A DNA stretch of 58,241 bases from Candidatus Hydrogenedentota bacterium. Lineage in GTDB: Bacteria; Hydrogenedentota; Hydrogenedentia; Hydrogenedentales; SLHB01. Positions within the stretch are counted from its first letter, which is position 1; every line of letters begins with the position of its first letter. The stretch spans positions 1 through 58,241 of the forward strand of contig JARKSN010000212.1 of the NCBI GenBank assembly GCA_029974275.1. The letters are read 5' to 3'. Of the stretch, positions 32,406 to 42,338 are shown piece after piece. The notes under the pieces were generated by a model, which worked only from the letters and a program-made list of their open reading frames with translations, was not told the origin of the DNA and ran no database searches. The position numbers and the translations under genes are program-made.

Positions 32406-33644
32406 GTGAGCGGTCCTCCAGGCATCGGTCCTGTCTTCCTTTCGCTCCCTCCGCAAACCCATCTGCTCCAAACCCTTCGCCCCGGCGCGACATTGCAAGC
32501 CACCGTGCAGCCGGCGGGCGAATCCCTGGCCCTCCAAATCGGCAACGCGATCCTTCCCTTGGAAAACGCCGGCTCCCTCACACCCGGCCAACGCGTCGTT
32601 ATCGAAGTCCTCCAAAACCATGCCGGCGCGCTCCGGCTGCGCATCACGCCCCAGCCCGACGCCGTTTCCCCACAGCCCAACGCCGCACCGCAGCCCCCCG
32701 CAGCCTTGACAGCGGCGATCGTTGCCGCATTGGAACAATTGGCGGCGCGCGATCAGATCGAAATCGCCCCGCGCCTCCTGCCCCCCGGCATTCCAGCAAG
32801 CCCAACCGCCGTGCGCCAACTCTTCTCCCTGTTCCTCGGGCGCGAAAACCTGGGCCGCGCCCTCGACGCCGTCATGACGCTAACGCGACAAGCCGCTGCG
32901 GCCGGCGTCATGCCCCAGCAGACCGCCGACGAATTCGCGGCGCTTCTCGGGCGATATATGGCATCCGAAAACGAAGGACTGCGCGCCGCATTGCGCAAAC
33001 TGGGCGAAAACGCCGCAAGGCCCCTTGAAGCCCGCCTCGCCTCGATCCTTTCCAAAAACGCCGCACCCGCCAATCCGCCGCCGCCCCCAGACGACCTGCG
33101 CTCCCTATTGCTGGCGCTGCGCGACAACGACAAGCTTGCGGCCTTCGCCCGCACGACAACACGAGGCGAAACTCTCCTGCGCGCCATCGACTCGGCCCTT
33201 GATCAACTGTCCGGCGGACATCTGCAAAATTTGCGCGCATCCGAGATGCCCTACCTCTTCTTCGAAATCCCGTTTGCGCCGGAAAACCCGATTCGCCGCG
33301 GCTACGTCCACCTCTTCGGCGAAAAACGCGACGGGCGAAACGTCTTCCGCGCCCACAACGCCACGGTCGTGCTCGATCTTTCCACTGCCCGCCTCGGCGA
33401 TCTCTGGGTGACCATGGGAGCTGCGGGACTCCCCGGAACCCCATCCACCCTGCTCTGCTGTTTCAAAGCGACAACCGAGGAACTGGTTCGTGCCATCAAC
33501 GAAAACGCCGACGAATTGTCGGCCCGCCTGGCAGACGCCGGCTATGCCGCCTCCCGCGTGTACGCAACGCTTTGGGACGGCAACCGGCTACGGGAAACAG
33601 CAGACCTGCTGCGCGCAAGCGCGGGACTCAACGTGAGGGCCTGA
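32406..33644 (+). CDS. FliK-like (hook-length control) protein
   Basis: Ala/Pro-rich; C-terminal LDLSTARLGDL...L.ARL..AGY; coupled to the FlhB-C-like gene. Confidence 0.6.
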   Translation: MSGPPGIGPVFLSLPPQTHLLQTLRPGATLQATVQPAGESLALQIGNAILPLENAGSLTPGQRVVIEVLQNHAGALRLRITPQPDAVSPQPNAAPQPPAALTAAIVAALEQLAARDQIEIAPRLLPPGIPASPTAVRQLFSLFLGRENLGRALDAVMTLTRQAAAAGVMPQQTADEFAALLGRYMASENEGLRAALRKLGENAARPLEARLASILSKNAAPANPPPPPDDLRSLLLALRDNDKLAAFARTTTRGETLLRAIDSALDQLSGGHLQNLRASEMPYLFFEIPFAPENPIRRGYVHLFGEKRDGRNVFRAHNATVVLDLSTARLGDLWVTMGAAGLPGTPSTLLCCFKATTEELVRAINENADELSARLADAGYAASRVYATLWDGNRLRETADLLRASAGLNVRA

Positions 33645-33922
33645 TGATCGATCCGTCCAAACAACCGCGCCGCAAAGCCGTGGCCTTGCGATACGACCGG
33701 CGCAAGGACCAAGCGCCCCGCGTCATCGCAAAAGGAACCGGATTGCTCGCGGAACGCATCATCGCCTTGGCGCGCGAACACGGCGTACGCATCCATGAAG
33801 ATCCGGAACTCGTCGCGCTGCTCTCCAAGCTCGACATCTCCGTGGAAATCCCCGAGGATCTCTACCGAGCCGTCGCCGAAGTGCTCGCCTTCCTCTACCG
33901 CCTCGACCGCCGCGCACAATGA
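33644..33922 (+). CDS. FlhB C-terminal-like (EscU/YscU/YlqH) export switch protein
   Basis: KAVALRY..APRVIAKG.G..AERII and IPEDLYRAVAEVLAF. Confidence 0.92.
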   Translation: MIDPSKQPRRKAVALRYDRRKDQAPRVIAKGTGLLAERIIALAREHGVRIHEDPELVALLSKLDISVEIPEDLYRAVAEVLAFLYRLDRRAQ

Positions 33923-34025
33923 TAGGCCATCGGCCAACGCTGTTCTCGCCGTCCAAATCGTGTAAAATCCGATCGCCACGCCGCAATCAATCGCAGCGCG
34001 CCGTGCGAAACAGGGAGAAACCGCG

Positions 34026-36041
34026 TTGAAAAAACTTCTCGGAACAATCCTTCTGCTCCTCATCGCGCTGGGAACCCCCATCGAGGCGCAGGTGCATGAA
34101 TTCGGCCTGGGAGAAACGGCCCGGAAAGGCCCCAGCCCTGGACCGCCCCCCTCCCCGGAAACCATCCAGGAAAACGCAAGAAAACTCTCCCTGCAAGCGC
34201 GCGTATCGCAACTCATGGTCGTCACGCTGCAGGGCGGGCCCATGCCCGACTCGAGCGACAAGGCCCTCCTCACCCAGTATCCGCCGGGCGGCGTCATCCT
34301 GCCGCCCGTGATGCGGCCCTCCACCGTCCCCGGATACATCGCCGCCGTGCGCGCGCTCTCGGCAGGCCCATCCAAAGGCATCCCGCTCCTGATAGGATCC
34401 GACCTTCACGCCCTTCCCCGTCAGAGCAACCGCGAAACCATGGGGCGCTTCGCGCAACTCCCCTCCTTGCTCTCCATCGGCGCAACCGGAGATCAGACCA
34501 TCGCCGACCGCTACGCCCGACTCGTTGGCGAACAACTGAAGATTATGGGCTTCAACTTTTTCCTCGGCCCTCCCTTGTCGCTGGGCCCCGTCCTGCCCGA
34601 AGCGCGCGGCTCCCTCGCTTGTCTGGGAGACGACCCAGCGTTTGTCGGCGCTGCGGGAGCCGGCATTGTCACGACCCTGAAGTCCATGGGAATCGTTGCC
34701 ATGCCCATGGGATTTCCCGGCGGAGGACATAATCGCGGCGCACAACAATCCGCTGTCCTGCTGACGCCCGGACCGCATGTCGCGGCGCGCGACATGGCCC
34801 CTTTCGCGCAGACAATCCATGCCGGCGCCCTCATCCTGCATGTCGGCAACACCCTTGCCCCCACGCTGGACAGCTCCGGCATCCCCGCATCTCTCTCCCA
34901 AACCGTGATCAAAGGCCACCTGCGCGACAAATTGGGATTCACCGGCGTAATCCTCGCCGGTCCAATAGACTCGACCGAAGTCGGCAACGTCCAAGACCCC
35001 TCGCAAGCCGCCATGCGCGCCCTCGAGGCCGGAGCCGATATGCTCTCCTGGAACACCGCCGGTCAGCGCGTCAAAAAAACCGTCGACCTGATAGTCAACG
35101 CCATCAACAACGGCGAGTTCGACGAATCCATCATCAACGCCGCCCTCGAACGAATCGTAACCATGAAAACAACCCATCTTCTCGCGCCCGCCCCGACTGC
35201 CACGGAGCGCAAGGCGGAAACCCTCGAGAAAAGCAAACGCTTCCCCAACGAAACCCGCGCCATCGAACAACGCGCCATCACCATAGTCCGCAACGCCGAC
35301 AACCTGCTCCCCCTGACCAAAACAGCCTCTCTGCCAATAGGCGTGACTGGCATCGCCGGCGCCACGGAACTCAAGGAAGCCCTCGAAAAACGCCTCCGGC
35401 GCGTTTCCCTCCAAACCATCGCCACGGCGCGCCACCTCGGCGAAATTGAAGACTTCGAAATCAAGCGCCTGACCCAGCGCGGCGCAGGACTGCGCACCGT
35501 CGTCTGCGTGCTCGCCCCCGGACTGAAAAACCGCAGCAACGAACGGTTGGTGAAAGGCCTGCAAGCGGCGGGCATGAAAGTCATCGTCGTTCTCCTCGGC
35601 TATCCCCGCGAACTGCACACCCTGGCCGACGCCGACGCCATCGTTCTCTCCTACGGCGACCCTGCCTCATGCGATCAAACCATGCTGGCCGTCGCCGACG
35701 TCCTCGTAGGAACCGCGCCCATCGCCGCCATTGCCCCTCCCCCCGCCCCCGTCGTCTCCGCCGGACAACCCTGCGTCTTTGATGTTCGCCATTTCCTGCG
35801 GTCTCCGGCGGGCCGCTTGCCCGTCGCCGCAGGCGACGACTTCCCCGCAGGTTCCGGCCTCGTCTACGCGCTGGAGCCGTTGATCAAAAAAGCCGCCTGG
35901 GACTTCGGCGACGGCGAACGAGCCAAGCAAGCGCGCGTCGAACACGTCTATGCGGCGCCCGGGACCTACTCCGTCACCCTCACCGTTTCCGGACGCAATG
36001 GAAAAACAACCAATGCCCAGGCCACCATCACCGTGCACTAG
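34026..36041 (+). CDS. Secreted GH3 (NagZ-like) fold protein with C-terminal PKD domain; catalytic motifs degenerate
   Basis: Signal peptide; scaffold motifs IPLLIG, IGATGD, PASLS, LRDKLGFTGVI and AGADML; PKD WDFGDG...HVY..PGTYSVTLTV. TTG start. Confidence 0.82.
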   Translation: MKKLLGTILLLLIALGTPIEAQVHEFGLGETARKGPSPGPPPSPETIQENARKLSLQARVSQLMVVTLQGGPMPDSSDKALLTQYPPGGVILPPVMRPSTVPGYIAAVRALSAGPSKGIPLLIGSDLHALPRQSNRETMGRFAQLPSLLSIGATGDQTIADRYARLVGEQLKIMGFNFFLGPPLSLGPVLPEARGSLACLGDDPAFVGAAGAGIVTTLKSMGIVAMPMGFPGGGHNRGAQQSAVLLTPGPHVAARDMAPFAQTIHAGALILHVGNTLAPTLDSSGIPASLSQTVIKGHLRDKLGFTGVILAGPIDSTEVGNVQDPSQAAMRALEAGADMLSWNTAGQRVKKTVDLIVNAINNGEFDESIINAALERIVTMKTTHLLAPAPTATERKAETLEKSKRFPNETRAIEQRAITIVRNADNLLPLTKTASLPIGVTGIAGATELKEALEKRLRRVSLQTIATARHLGEIEDFEIKRLTQRGAGLRTVVCVLAPGLKNRSNERLVKGLQAAGMKVIVVLLGYPRELHTLADADAIVLSYGDPASCDQTMLAVADVLVGTAPIAAIAPPPAPVVSAGQPCVFDVRHFLRSPAGRLPVAAGDDFPAGSGLVYALEPLIKKAAWDFGDGERAKQARVEHVYAAPGTYSVTLTVSGRNGKTTNAQATITVH

Positions 36042-36117
36042 CAGCCACCTCCGCGCTGCGGTCATGAGCGCTCCGTGCAAGAACCAGCCGGCGTGACGCA
36101 AGGTCCCTCACAATTTC

Positions 36118-36147
36118 TTTACATGGCCTTTCTCAAACGTGTATCAT
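36118..36147 (+). promoter_or_regulatory. Putative sigma-70 promoter of the ABC exporter operon
   Basis: TTTACA-N18-TATCAT, ending 29 bp before ATG 36177. Confidence 0.4.
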
Positions 36148-36176
36148 CGATCATCTGACACGCAGGGGAATGTTGC

Positions 36177-38027
36177 ATGACATCTGACGCCATTCCGGCG
36201 CCATCGCCGCACCTACAGATGCAAAAGTACAGCGGATTGGGGGGCTTGCTCCACATCCTCCGCTATTTCGTCCCGTATCTCATTCCGTTTTGGGACAAAA
36301 TCCTCCTTCGTTTCCTGCTTGTCAACTGCGTCACCCTCTTGAGCGCATGGGTCGCCGTCGCCGCAGGCAACGTCATCGACAAGGGATTGACGGCGCGCGA
36401 TGCCGCCGGATTCCATTTTTGGCTCTTGGCAGGGCTGGGGCTGGGATTGGGGGCACTCGTATTGAGCTTCACGCTCGGGGTGATCAGCACCTACATCGCG
36501 ACCATGCTCGAGGGACGTTTTCGCCTGGATATGTTCAAAGGACTGCACCGGCAATCGCTCCGCTTCTTCCATTCGCGCCCGATCGGCGAGCACATGTACC
36601 GAACAAACGACGATCCCACGGTGACCACCCTGTTCCTCGGAACCTTTCTGCTGCAAATCATCGAAAAATTCCAGATTCTCATTGTGTCCATCGGCGTGGC
36701 CCTCTCCTTGAACCCCCAGGTGGCCTACCTGATTGTCGGCTACCTTTTGCTCTACACCCCCTTCTGCCATTTCTCCGCCACATACGTGCGCTGGCTCAAT
36801 ATGCGAGGCCGTTGGTCCATCCAAAACACGTTCTCCAGCCTGCAGGAATGCCTCGCCGGATACCCGGTAAGCAAGGCTTTCGCCCGCGAAAAATGGTCGC
36901 TGTGCGCCTATTACCGCACCATGGCCGACGCCACCCGCATTTTCATCCAATATCTTGTGGGAAACAGCATCTTCATGCACCTGACCAACCCCGCGCCCCC
37001 GATCGGCTTGATGCGCCTCCTGTTCCTTTTCCTCGGCGGCACCGCGTTCTTCGGATATCACGTCATCGTCGGCGATCTCACCCCCGGTCAATACGTCTTC
37101 ATGGGCGGGCTCATCCTGCAAATGATGGGCCCGATCGAGGAAATGGTGAATGGCATCGCCAATCTGCGCATCTGGTCCGTGCCCGCGGAACGCATGTTGC
37201 AGACCCTGGAAGTGGAACCGGAAATCCAAGACGTCCCCAACGCGATCGAACTGCCCCACTCCGTCTGCCGCATCGAATTCCAAGACGTCTCCTTCCGATA
37301 TGCGCCCGACCTTCCCGATGTCGTCAAAGGCGTTTCCTTCTCGGTGGAGCCCGGCACGAAAGTCGCCCTGGTCGGCATGTCGGGCGCCGGCAAAACCTCG
37401 ATCTTCAACGTGTTGATGCGTTTTTACGACCCGACGGGCGGTCGCGTGTTGATCGGCGGCCACGATCTGCGCCAAATCCGCCTCGACTCCTACCGAAGCC
37501 AGATTGGTCTCGTGCTGCAGGAAAGCCACCTGTTTTCCGCAACCCTGCGTGACAACATCTTGATCGGAAACCCCCACGCCAGCCAAGAAGACCTGGCCGC
37601 CGCGATCGACCGCGCCGGCATGACCCCGCTCGTCGCCTCGCTTCCCGACGGCCTCGACTCGATCATCTCCGAAGCGGGCAATCTGTCCGCCGGCGACCGT
37701 CAACGCATTGCCATCGCGCGCGCCCTTTTGCGCAGTCCCCAATTCTTCTTCCTCGACGAACCCACCTCGGCCCTCGATCCCGAGACCACCCGGGAAATCG
37801 TCCGGCAGCTCAACAAAGTCGTCAAAGGAAAGACCTGCCTTGTCATCGCGCACAGTCTCCAAATGATCGTCGACGCCGACGAAATCATCGTCATGGACCA
37901 CGGCGTGGTGACGCAACGGGGCAAACACGCCGAACTGGTCGCGCAAAAGGGCCTATACCGGGACATGTGGGAAGCCGATCTAGCCAAATACGGCAGTTTT
38001 TATGGAGAAGGAGAAGGCGGCGCGTGA
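36177..38027 (+). CDS. ABC exporter, fused permease/ATPase (subunit 1)
   Basis: TMD plus GMSGAGKT, LSAGDRQR, FLDEPT and IAH. Confidence 0.92.
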   Translation: MTSDAIPAPSPHLQMQKYSGLGGLLHILRYFVPYLIPFWDKILLRFLLVNCVTLLSAWVAVAAGNVIDKGLTARDAAGFHFWLLAGLGLGLGALVLSFTLGVISTYIATMLEGRFRLDMFKGLHRQSLRFFHSRPIGEHMYRTNDDPTVTTLFLGTFLLQIIEKFQILIVSIGVALSLNPQVAYLIVGYLLLYTPFCHFSATYVRWLNMRGRWSIQNTFSSLQECLAGYPVSKAFAREKWSLCAYYRTMADATRIFIQYLVGNSIFMHLTNPAPPIGLMRLLFLFLGGTAFFGYHVIVGDLTPGQYVFMGGLILQMMGPIEEMVNGIANLRIWSVPAERMLQTLEVEPEIQDVPNAIELPHSVCRIEFQDVSFRYAPDLPDVVKGVSFSVEPGTKVALVGMSGAGKTSIFNVLMRFYDPTGGRVLIGGHDLRQIRLDSYRSQIGLVLQESHLFSATLRDNILIGNPHASQEDLAAAIDRAGMTPLVASLPDGLDSIISEAGNLSAGDRQRIAIARALLRSPQFFFLDEPTSALDPETTREIVRQLNKVVKGKTCLVIAHSLQMIVDADEIIVMDHGVVTQRGKHAELVAQKGLYRDMWEADLAKYGSFYGEGEGGA

Positions 38028-39844
38028 TCAATCCTGTTTTGATAGACAGCGTCGAAGCGTCGGGCATGTCGCGCCTCAACGGCTGGCAGCAAGTGGCGCT
38101 CTTCCTCCGCCTGCTGCGCTATGCCAAGGCGATTTGGGACAAAATCCTGCTCCGCATGATCATCACCCAGCTCAACGCCTTCATGCTGGCGGTTCCCGTC
38201 ATCGTAAGCATCCGCATTTTCGACGAGGCCTTTCCCCGCAAGGACATGTCGCTGTTCCTCGAATTGTGCCTGATCGCCATCGTCGCGATCCTGCTCAATA
38301 AGATGCTCGAATTCATTTTCGACGTCATGGCCGTCTACGGCATCGCCAAACTCGGCCTGAACATCCGCATCGGCATCCTCGCCCACATCCTCCATCTTTC
38401 CCCGCGATTCTACGAATCCCGCCCCGTGGGCGAGCACATGTACCGCTGCGTCTACGACACCGGCGAATCGGCGGCATTGGCCAACGACGCCGTGCCGCGC
38501 CTCGTGAACAACCTGCAAAAAATCCTGACGCTCGCCTTCGTAATGGCAACGATTCGTCTCTGGCTGTTGCCCGTCACGGCGGCGTACCTGCTGGTCTTTT
38601 TCGTCATCAAGCACTACATCGCGACCCAAATCCGAAACGTCGACCGCAAAGAGCGCCGCGAAGGCCAGCGCGTTGAGGCCATCACCCGCGAAGTTTTCTC
38701 CGCATTCAAGCTTGTCAAAGGAAACGGCCTCGAACGCATGGTGTCGCGCTGGTATTTCGCGCAAGTCGCCCGAAAGCTCCACCTCGCATTCCTGAAAAAC
38801 GTCCTCATAAGCTTCGACATGAACTTCAGCAATCCTGCGGTCGGGCTCGCCTTTCCCCTGTTCATCTTTCTGCTGAACTACGTGGCCGGAAACCAAATAC
38901 TTTCCGGATCGGTTTCCGCCATGACCATCGGCGAATACACGGGCATCGCGGTGCTGGTCAGCCAACTGGCCCTGCCCTTGCAAGACGCCATCAACCTCTT
39001 CCAAGAAGTGCGCCGCCAACTCATCCCCGCCGAGCGCATGATGGAAACCTTCAATGTCGCCCCCGAAGTCGTCGACGCCCCTGACGCGGCCAGAATCCAC
39101 GGCCTCAAAGGACATCTCCAGGTCGAGAACCTGACCTTCGCCTACAACGGCGTGCCTGTGTTGCGCAACATCTCGCTCGAAGCCCAGCCCGGCGAAAAAA
39201 TCGCGGTGGTCGGCCCCATTGGCGCCGGCAAAACCACCCTCGTGCGCCTCCTGCTGCGCATGATGGACCCCCAGCACGGCGTTATTCGCCTTGACGGACT
39301 CGATCTGAAGCAAATCCAGCAAGTCGACCTGCGAAAACACATTGGCGTCGTTCCCCAATCCACCATTCTCTTCACGACAAGCCTGGCCGAAAACATCAAG
39401 CTCGGATCTCCCGCCGCCACGCGGGCGCAAGTCGAGCGCGCAGCCCGTTTGGCGATGGTGGACGAATTCGTCGGCGAGTTGCCGAACGGCTACGACTCCC
39501 ACTTGGCCTCGGGCGGCCTAAGTTTGTCGGGCGGACAACGGCAGCGCGTCTGCGTGGCGCGAGCGCTGGCGAAAGACGCCGCCGTCCTCATTCTTGACGA
39601 GGCCACTTCCGCGCTCGATCCCATGATCGAAACGCAGGTCGTCGAAGCCATCGACAAGGCCTACGCCGATCGCACGCGCATTGTCATCGCCCACAACCTT
39701 TTGAACGCGCGCGACGCCGACCGCATCTACGTCCTCGACAACGGGAAAATCGTGGAAACCGGAACGCACGAAGAACTGATGAAAGCAAACGGCAGATATT
39801 TCGCGCTGTGGGACGAATCCAGCACGACCGGAACCGCCGCGTGA
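38024..39844 (+). CDS. ABC exporter, fused permease/ATPase (subunit 2)
   Basis: TMD plus [22 protein letters not shown] and IAH; GTGA overlap with subunit 1 (start uncertain). Confidence 0.92.
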   Translation: MINPVLIDSVEASGMSRLNGWQQVALFLRLLRYAKAIWDKILLRMIITQLNAFMLAVPVIVSIRIFDEAFPRKDMSLFLELCLIAIVAILLNKMLEFIFDVMAVYGIAKLGLNIRIGILAHILHLSPRFYESRPVGEHMYRCVYDTGESAALANDAVPRLVNNLQKILTLAFVMATIRLWLLPVTAAYLLVFFVIKHYIATQIRNVDRKERREGQRVEAITREVFSAFKLVKGNGLERMVSRWYFAQVARKLHLAFLKNVLISFDMNFSNPAVGLAFPLFIFLLNYVAGNQILSGSVSAMTIGEYTGIAVLVSQLALPLQDAINLFQEVRRQLIPAERMMETFNVAPEVVDAPDAARIHGLKGHLQVENLTFAYNGVPVLRNISLEAQPGEKIAVVGPIGAGKTTLVRLLLRMMDPQHGVIRLDGLDLKQIQQVDLRKHIGVVPQSTILFTTSLAENIKLGSPAATRAQVERAARLAMVDEFVGELPNGYDSHLASGGLSLSGGQRQRVCVARALAKDAAVLILDEATSALDPMIETQVVEAIDKAYADRTRIVIAHNLLNARDADRIYVLDNGKIVETGTHEELMKANGRYFALWDESSTTGTAA

Positions 39845-39866
39845 CGCAGGGAGGCAATCCACTTCA

Positions 39867-40721
39867 ATGACAATCATCCAACAACGGAAGCCCGGAAAAC
39901 CCAGTTTTTGGCGCCGCCGCTTCCTGCAACGTTTCGTTCAAACAACCGAGGCTTTCGGCTATCTGCTGTGCCTTGCCGTAGCCATAGGCCTCATCTACAG
40001 CGTGATAGTGAAAGTCGAGGTCCTGGCCGACGTTGAAGGAACCCTTCAGCCTCGGGCAGTTCCCGTCGTCGCCCAAACCGAGACCGCGATCGCCGAATTC
40101 CTGACCCAGCCAGGCGAAACCGTCGCCCCAGATCAGCCTCTATGCAAAATCGCCGCCGATGCCGCTGCACGGCGCAGCGTGTACGTGGGCCGCATGTTGG
40201 ATCGCGCGTCCAAGGCCTTGGCCGGCGACGCAGACGCCCGCAACCAGCAAGCCCTCCCGAACATAATCGCCGCCGCGAGCATGTTTCACAACGCCGACGC
40301 GCACCCTGTCCTCTCTTCCCCAAGCGCCGGACTGGCCGTCCCCCAGCAGGAACTGCTCGACGAAGAAACCATTCCCCCGAACACGCCTCTGGTCATCGTG
40401 TACGATCCCCGACAAGCCCAATTCGAAGGCATCGTCAAAGACATCCAAAAAGCCCCCGTCAAGACCGGACAAACCGTCCGATGGACTCTTCCCGGAAAAT
40501 CCGGAGTCGTCAGCGGCGCCATCGAACGCATCGACGAACTCGAAGGGGGGGGCGTCAACGTCATCGCAATCTTCCACGATCTTTCCGAATCTCCTCAGAC
40601 CCATCTCCGCGCTTGGGTTCAGGAAAACGCGACAACCCCGGCGCCCACGCCCATTTCCGCGCAAATCCAAGTGGTGACGGGAACGCAAAGCCTCTTCAAA
40701 AGCTTGTTCGGACGCAAATGA
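39867..40721 (+). CDS. HlyD-like membrane fusion/adaptor protein
   Basis: N-terminal TM helix, split lipoyl-like halves (PGETVAPDQPL; SPSAG...TPLV) and beta-barrel VKTGQTV; follows the ABC pair. Confidence 0.68.
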   Translation: MTIIQQRKPGKPSFWRRRFLQRFVQTTEAFGYLLCLAVAIGLIYSVIVKVEVLADVEGTLQPRAVPVVAQTETAIAEFLTQPGETVAPDQPLCKIAADAAARRSVYVGRMLDRASKALAGDADARNQQALPNIIAAASMFHNADAHPVLSSPSAGLAVPQQELLDEETIPPNTPLVIVYDPRQAQFEGIVKDIQKAPVKTGQTVRWTLPGKSGVVSGAIERIDELEGGGVNVIAIFHDLSESPQTHLRAWVQENATTPAPTPISAQIQVVTGTQSLFKSLFGRK

Positions 40722-40836
40722 AGCGCATACGATCGCAACAGGCGCCCGTCATCGCCCCCGAGACGAATGCACTTTTCCGGCATGCGCCGTCGCGCGCCCT
40801 GTTCGCTTCCGCCGTATCAACGCATAGGTTCACGCC

Positions 40837-41637
40837 ATGAAAAATGCGCCGCCCAAACGTGACCGAAACCGACGGCCCTCCTCCGGAAAGCCCTCCCGGC
40901 CCCATCCGCCAAACCCCGATCGCGCCAAACACGATCGACGCGACGACGACGCAACGCCAACCGGCCGCCGCGTCAAGCCCCGCGTAACATCCGCGGAACA
41001 TCGTCCCGACGCAATCGTCAAGGAAATATGGAAGCCCGGGACCATGCTCTATCCCGTCCCGATCGTGATGGTGACCTCTGCATCCCGCGAAGGAAAGCCC
41101 AACATCGCCTCCGTTGCCTGGGCCGGCACCGTGTGCAGCGACCCGCCCATGCTCTCGATCTCGCTGCGCAAAGCGACCCTCTCCCATGGACTCATCCTGG
41201 CCTCGCGCGAATTCGTGGTGAATGTGCCGTCGGTGCGCCAAGTGCAATGGGCCGACTACTGCGGCGTCGTATCAGGGCGAACCGTCGACAAATTCGAAGC
41301 CACCGGATTGACGCCGCATCCTGCGCAAACCGTCGCCGCCCCGCTGATCCTCGAATGCCCCATCAACATCGAATGCGCCGTCAAAAAAATCCTTGAGCTG
41401 GGTTCCCACACCTTGTTCCTCGCCGAAGTCTCCGCCGTGCAGGTCACCCGCGATCTCATCGACGCCTCCGGGCGTCTGGCCCTGGAAAAAGCCGGCCTCG
41501 CCGCATACGTCCACGGCGACTACGTCGCGCTCGACAAAAAACTCGGTTTTTTCGGCTTCTCCGTACAACGGAAAAAAAGCGATTATGGTTCCGTGGCTCG
41601 CCGCGCCCCATCGCGCGCAGGCAAAAAACGCTTCTGA
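40837..41637 (+). CDS. Flavin reductase family protein
   Basis: LYPVPIVMVT, EFVVN, CGVVSGR.VDKF, ECPINIEC and GSHTLF. Confidence 0.9.
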   Translation: MKNAPPKRDRNRRPSSGKPSRPHPPNPDRAKHDRRDDDATPTGRRVKPRVTSAEHRPDAIVKEIWKPGTMLYPVPIVMVTSASREGKPNIASVAWAGTVCSDPPMLSISLRKATLSHGLILASREFVVNVPSVRQVQWADYCGVVSGRTVDKFEATGLTPHPAQTVAAPLILECPINIECAVKKILELGSHTLFLAEVSAVQVTRDLIDASGRLALEKAGLAAYVHGDYVALDKKLGFFGFSVQRKKSDYGSVARRAPSRAGKKRF

Positions 41638-41730
41638 AAAAACGGCGCGCCGCAGTCCCCGCGACCCAAGCGACTCTCCCAGACGAACAAGACGCTTGCC
41701 TGCCATCCGGCGCCATCGCCAAGCGGTCTG

Positions 41731-42267
41731 TCAGAAACCGTCCGCGACCGGATCCTCCGCCGCATTGCCGACCTCGTCGATCCGAAGCAACACACAGCCG
41801 CCCCGCTTTTCCGTCGAGATCAGAAAACGGACCTTTCTGTCTCCCGAAAGATCGCCGATATCCGCGTAGGCCGGCACACGTAGCTGAGGCTCCCCCGTCT
41901 CCATGGTGCGCATGACCGTTCTGCGAATGGCGCAACTTTCGCAGTGAATGGTCTGCCCGCAACCGCCTGCCTCGTAGGCGTGCCTGCAAGAAATAACCTC
42001 CCCGCCCAGACATCCGGAAATTTGCTCCTGCGGTTTGGACAACAACGCCCGAGCCGCGGCATTGGCCGCAAGCACGCGCCCTTCGTCTTGAACCACCAGC
42101 ACCGGAGCGGAAAGCGTGTCCAAGAATTCCTCCATCGACAGCCCCAGATCGCGCACGATAAATGGAAGACAATCGGGGCAAATCCCGTGCGACGCCCTGT
42201 CGGTCACATCCTCCGAAACAATCGTCCTCACGGTCGTTTGACAATACATGCACACTATCCTAAGCAT
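41731..42267 (-). CDS. Stand-alone Cys-rich PAS-domain protein
   Basis: CMYC...HGICPDC, PAS-like PVLVV..EGRVLAAN.AA and CRHA..GGCGQTIHCESC; GGAG RBS. Confidence 0.75.
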   Translation of the reverse strand: MLRIVCMYCQTTVRTIVSEDVTDRASHGICPDCLPFIVRDLGLSMEEFLDTLSAPVLVVQDEGRVLAANAAARALLSKPQEQISGCLGGEVISCRHAYEAGGCGQTIHCESCAIRRTVMRTMETGEPQLRVPAYADIGDLSGDRKVRFLISTEKRGGCVLLRIDEVGNAAEDPVADGF

Positions 42268-42338
42268 GGCTACGTCTCCCACTGCGGCATATTCGTGCGC
42301 CAACGCCGTTTTTTTGGAAAAACATTGCCGCGGCGCGT

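Noticed and set aside
40545..40552. G8 run in the HlyD-like gene (also A8 runs near 25153 and 26381)
   Set aside because: All are in frame within intact ORFs; no evidence of phase variation.
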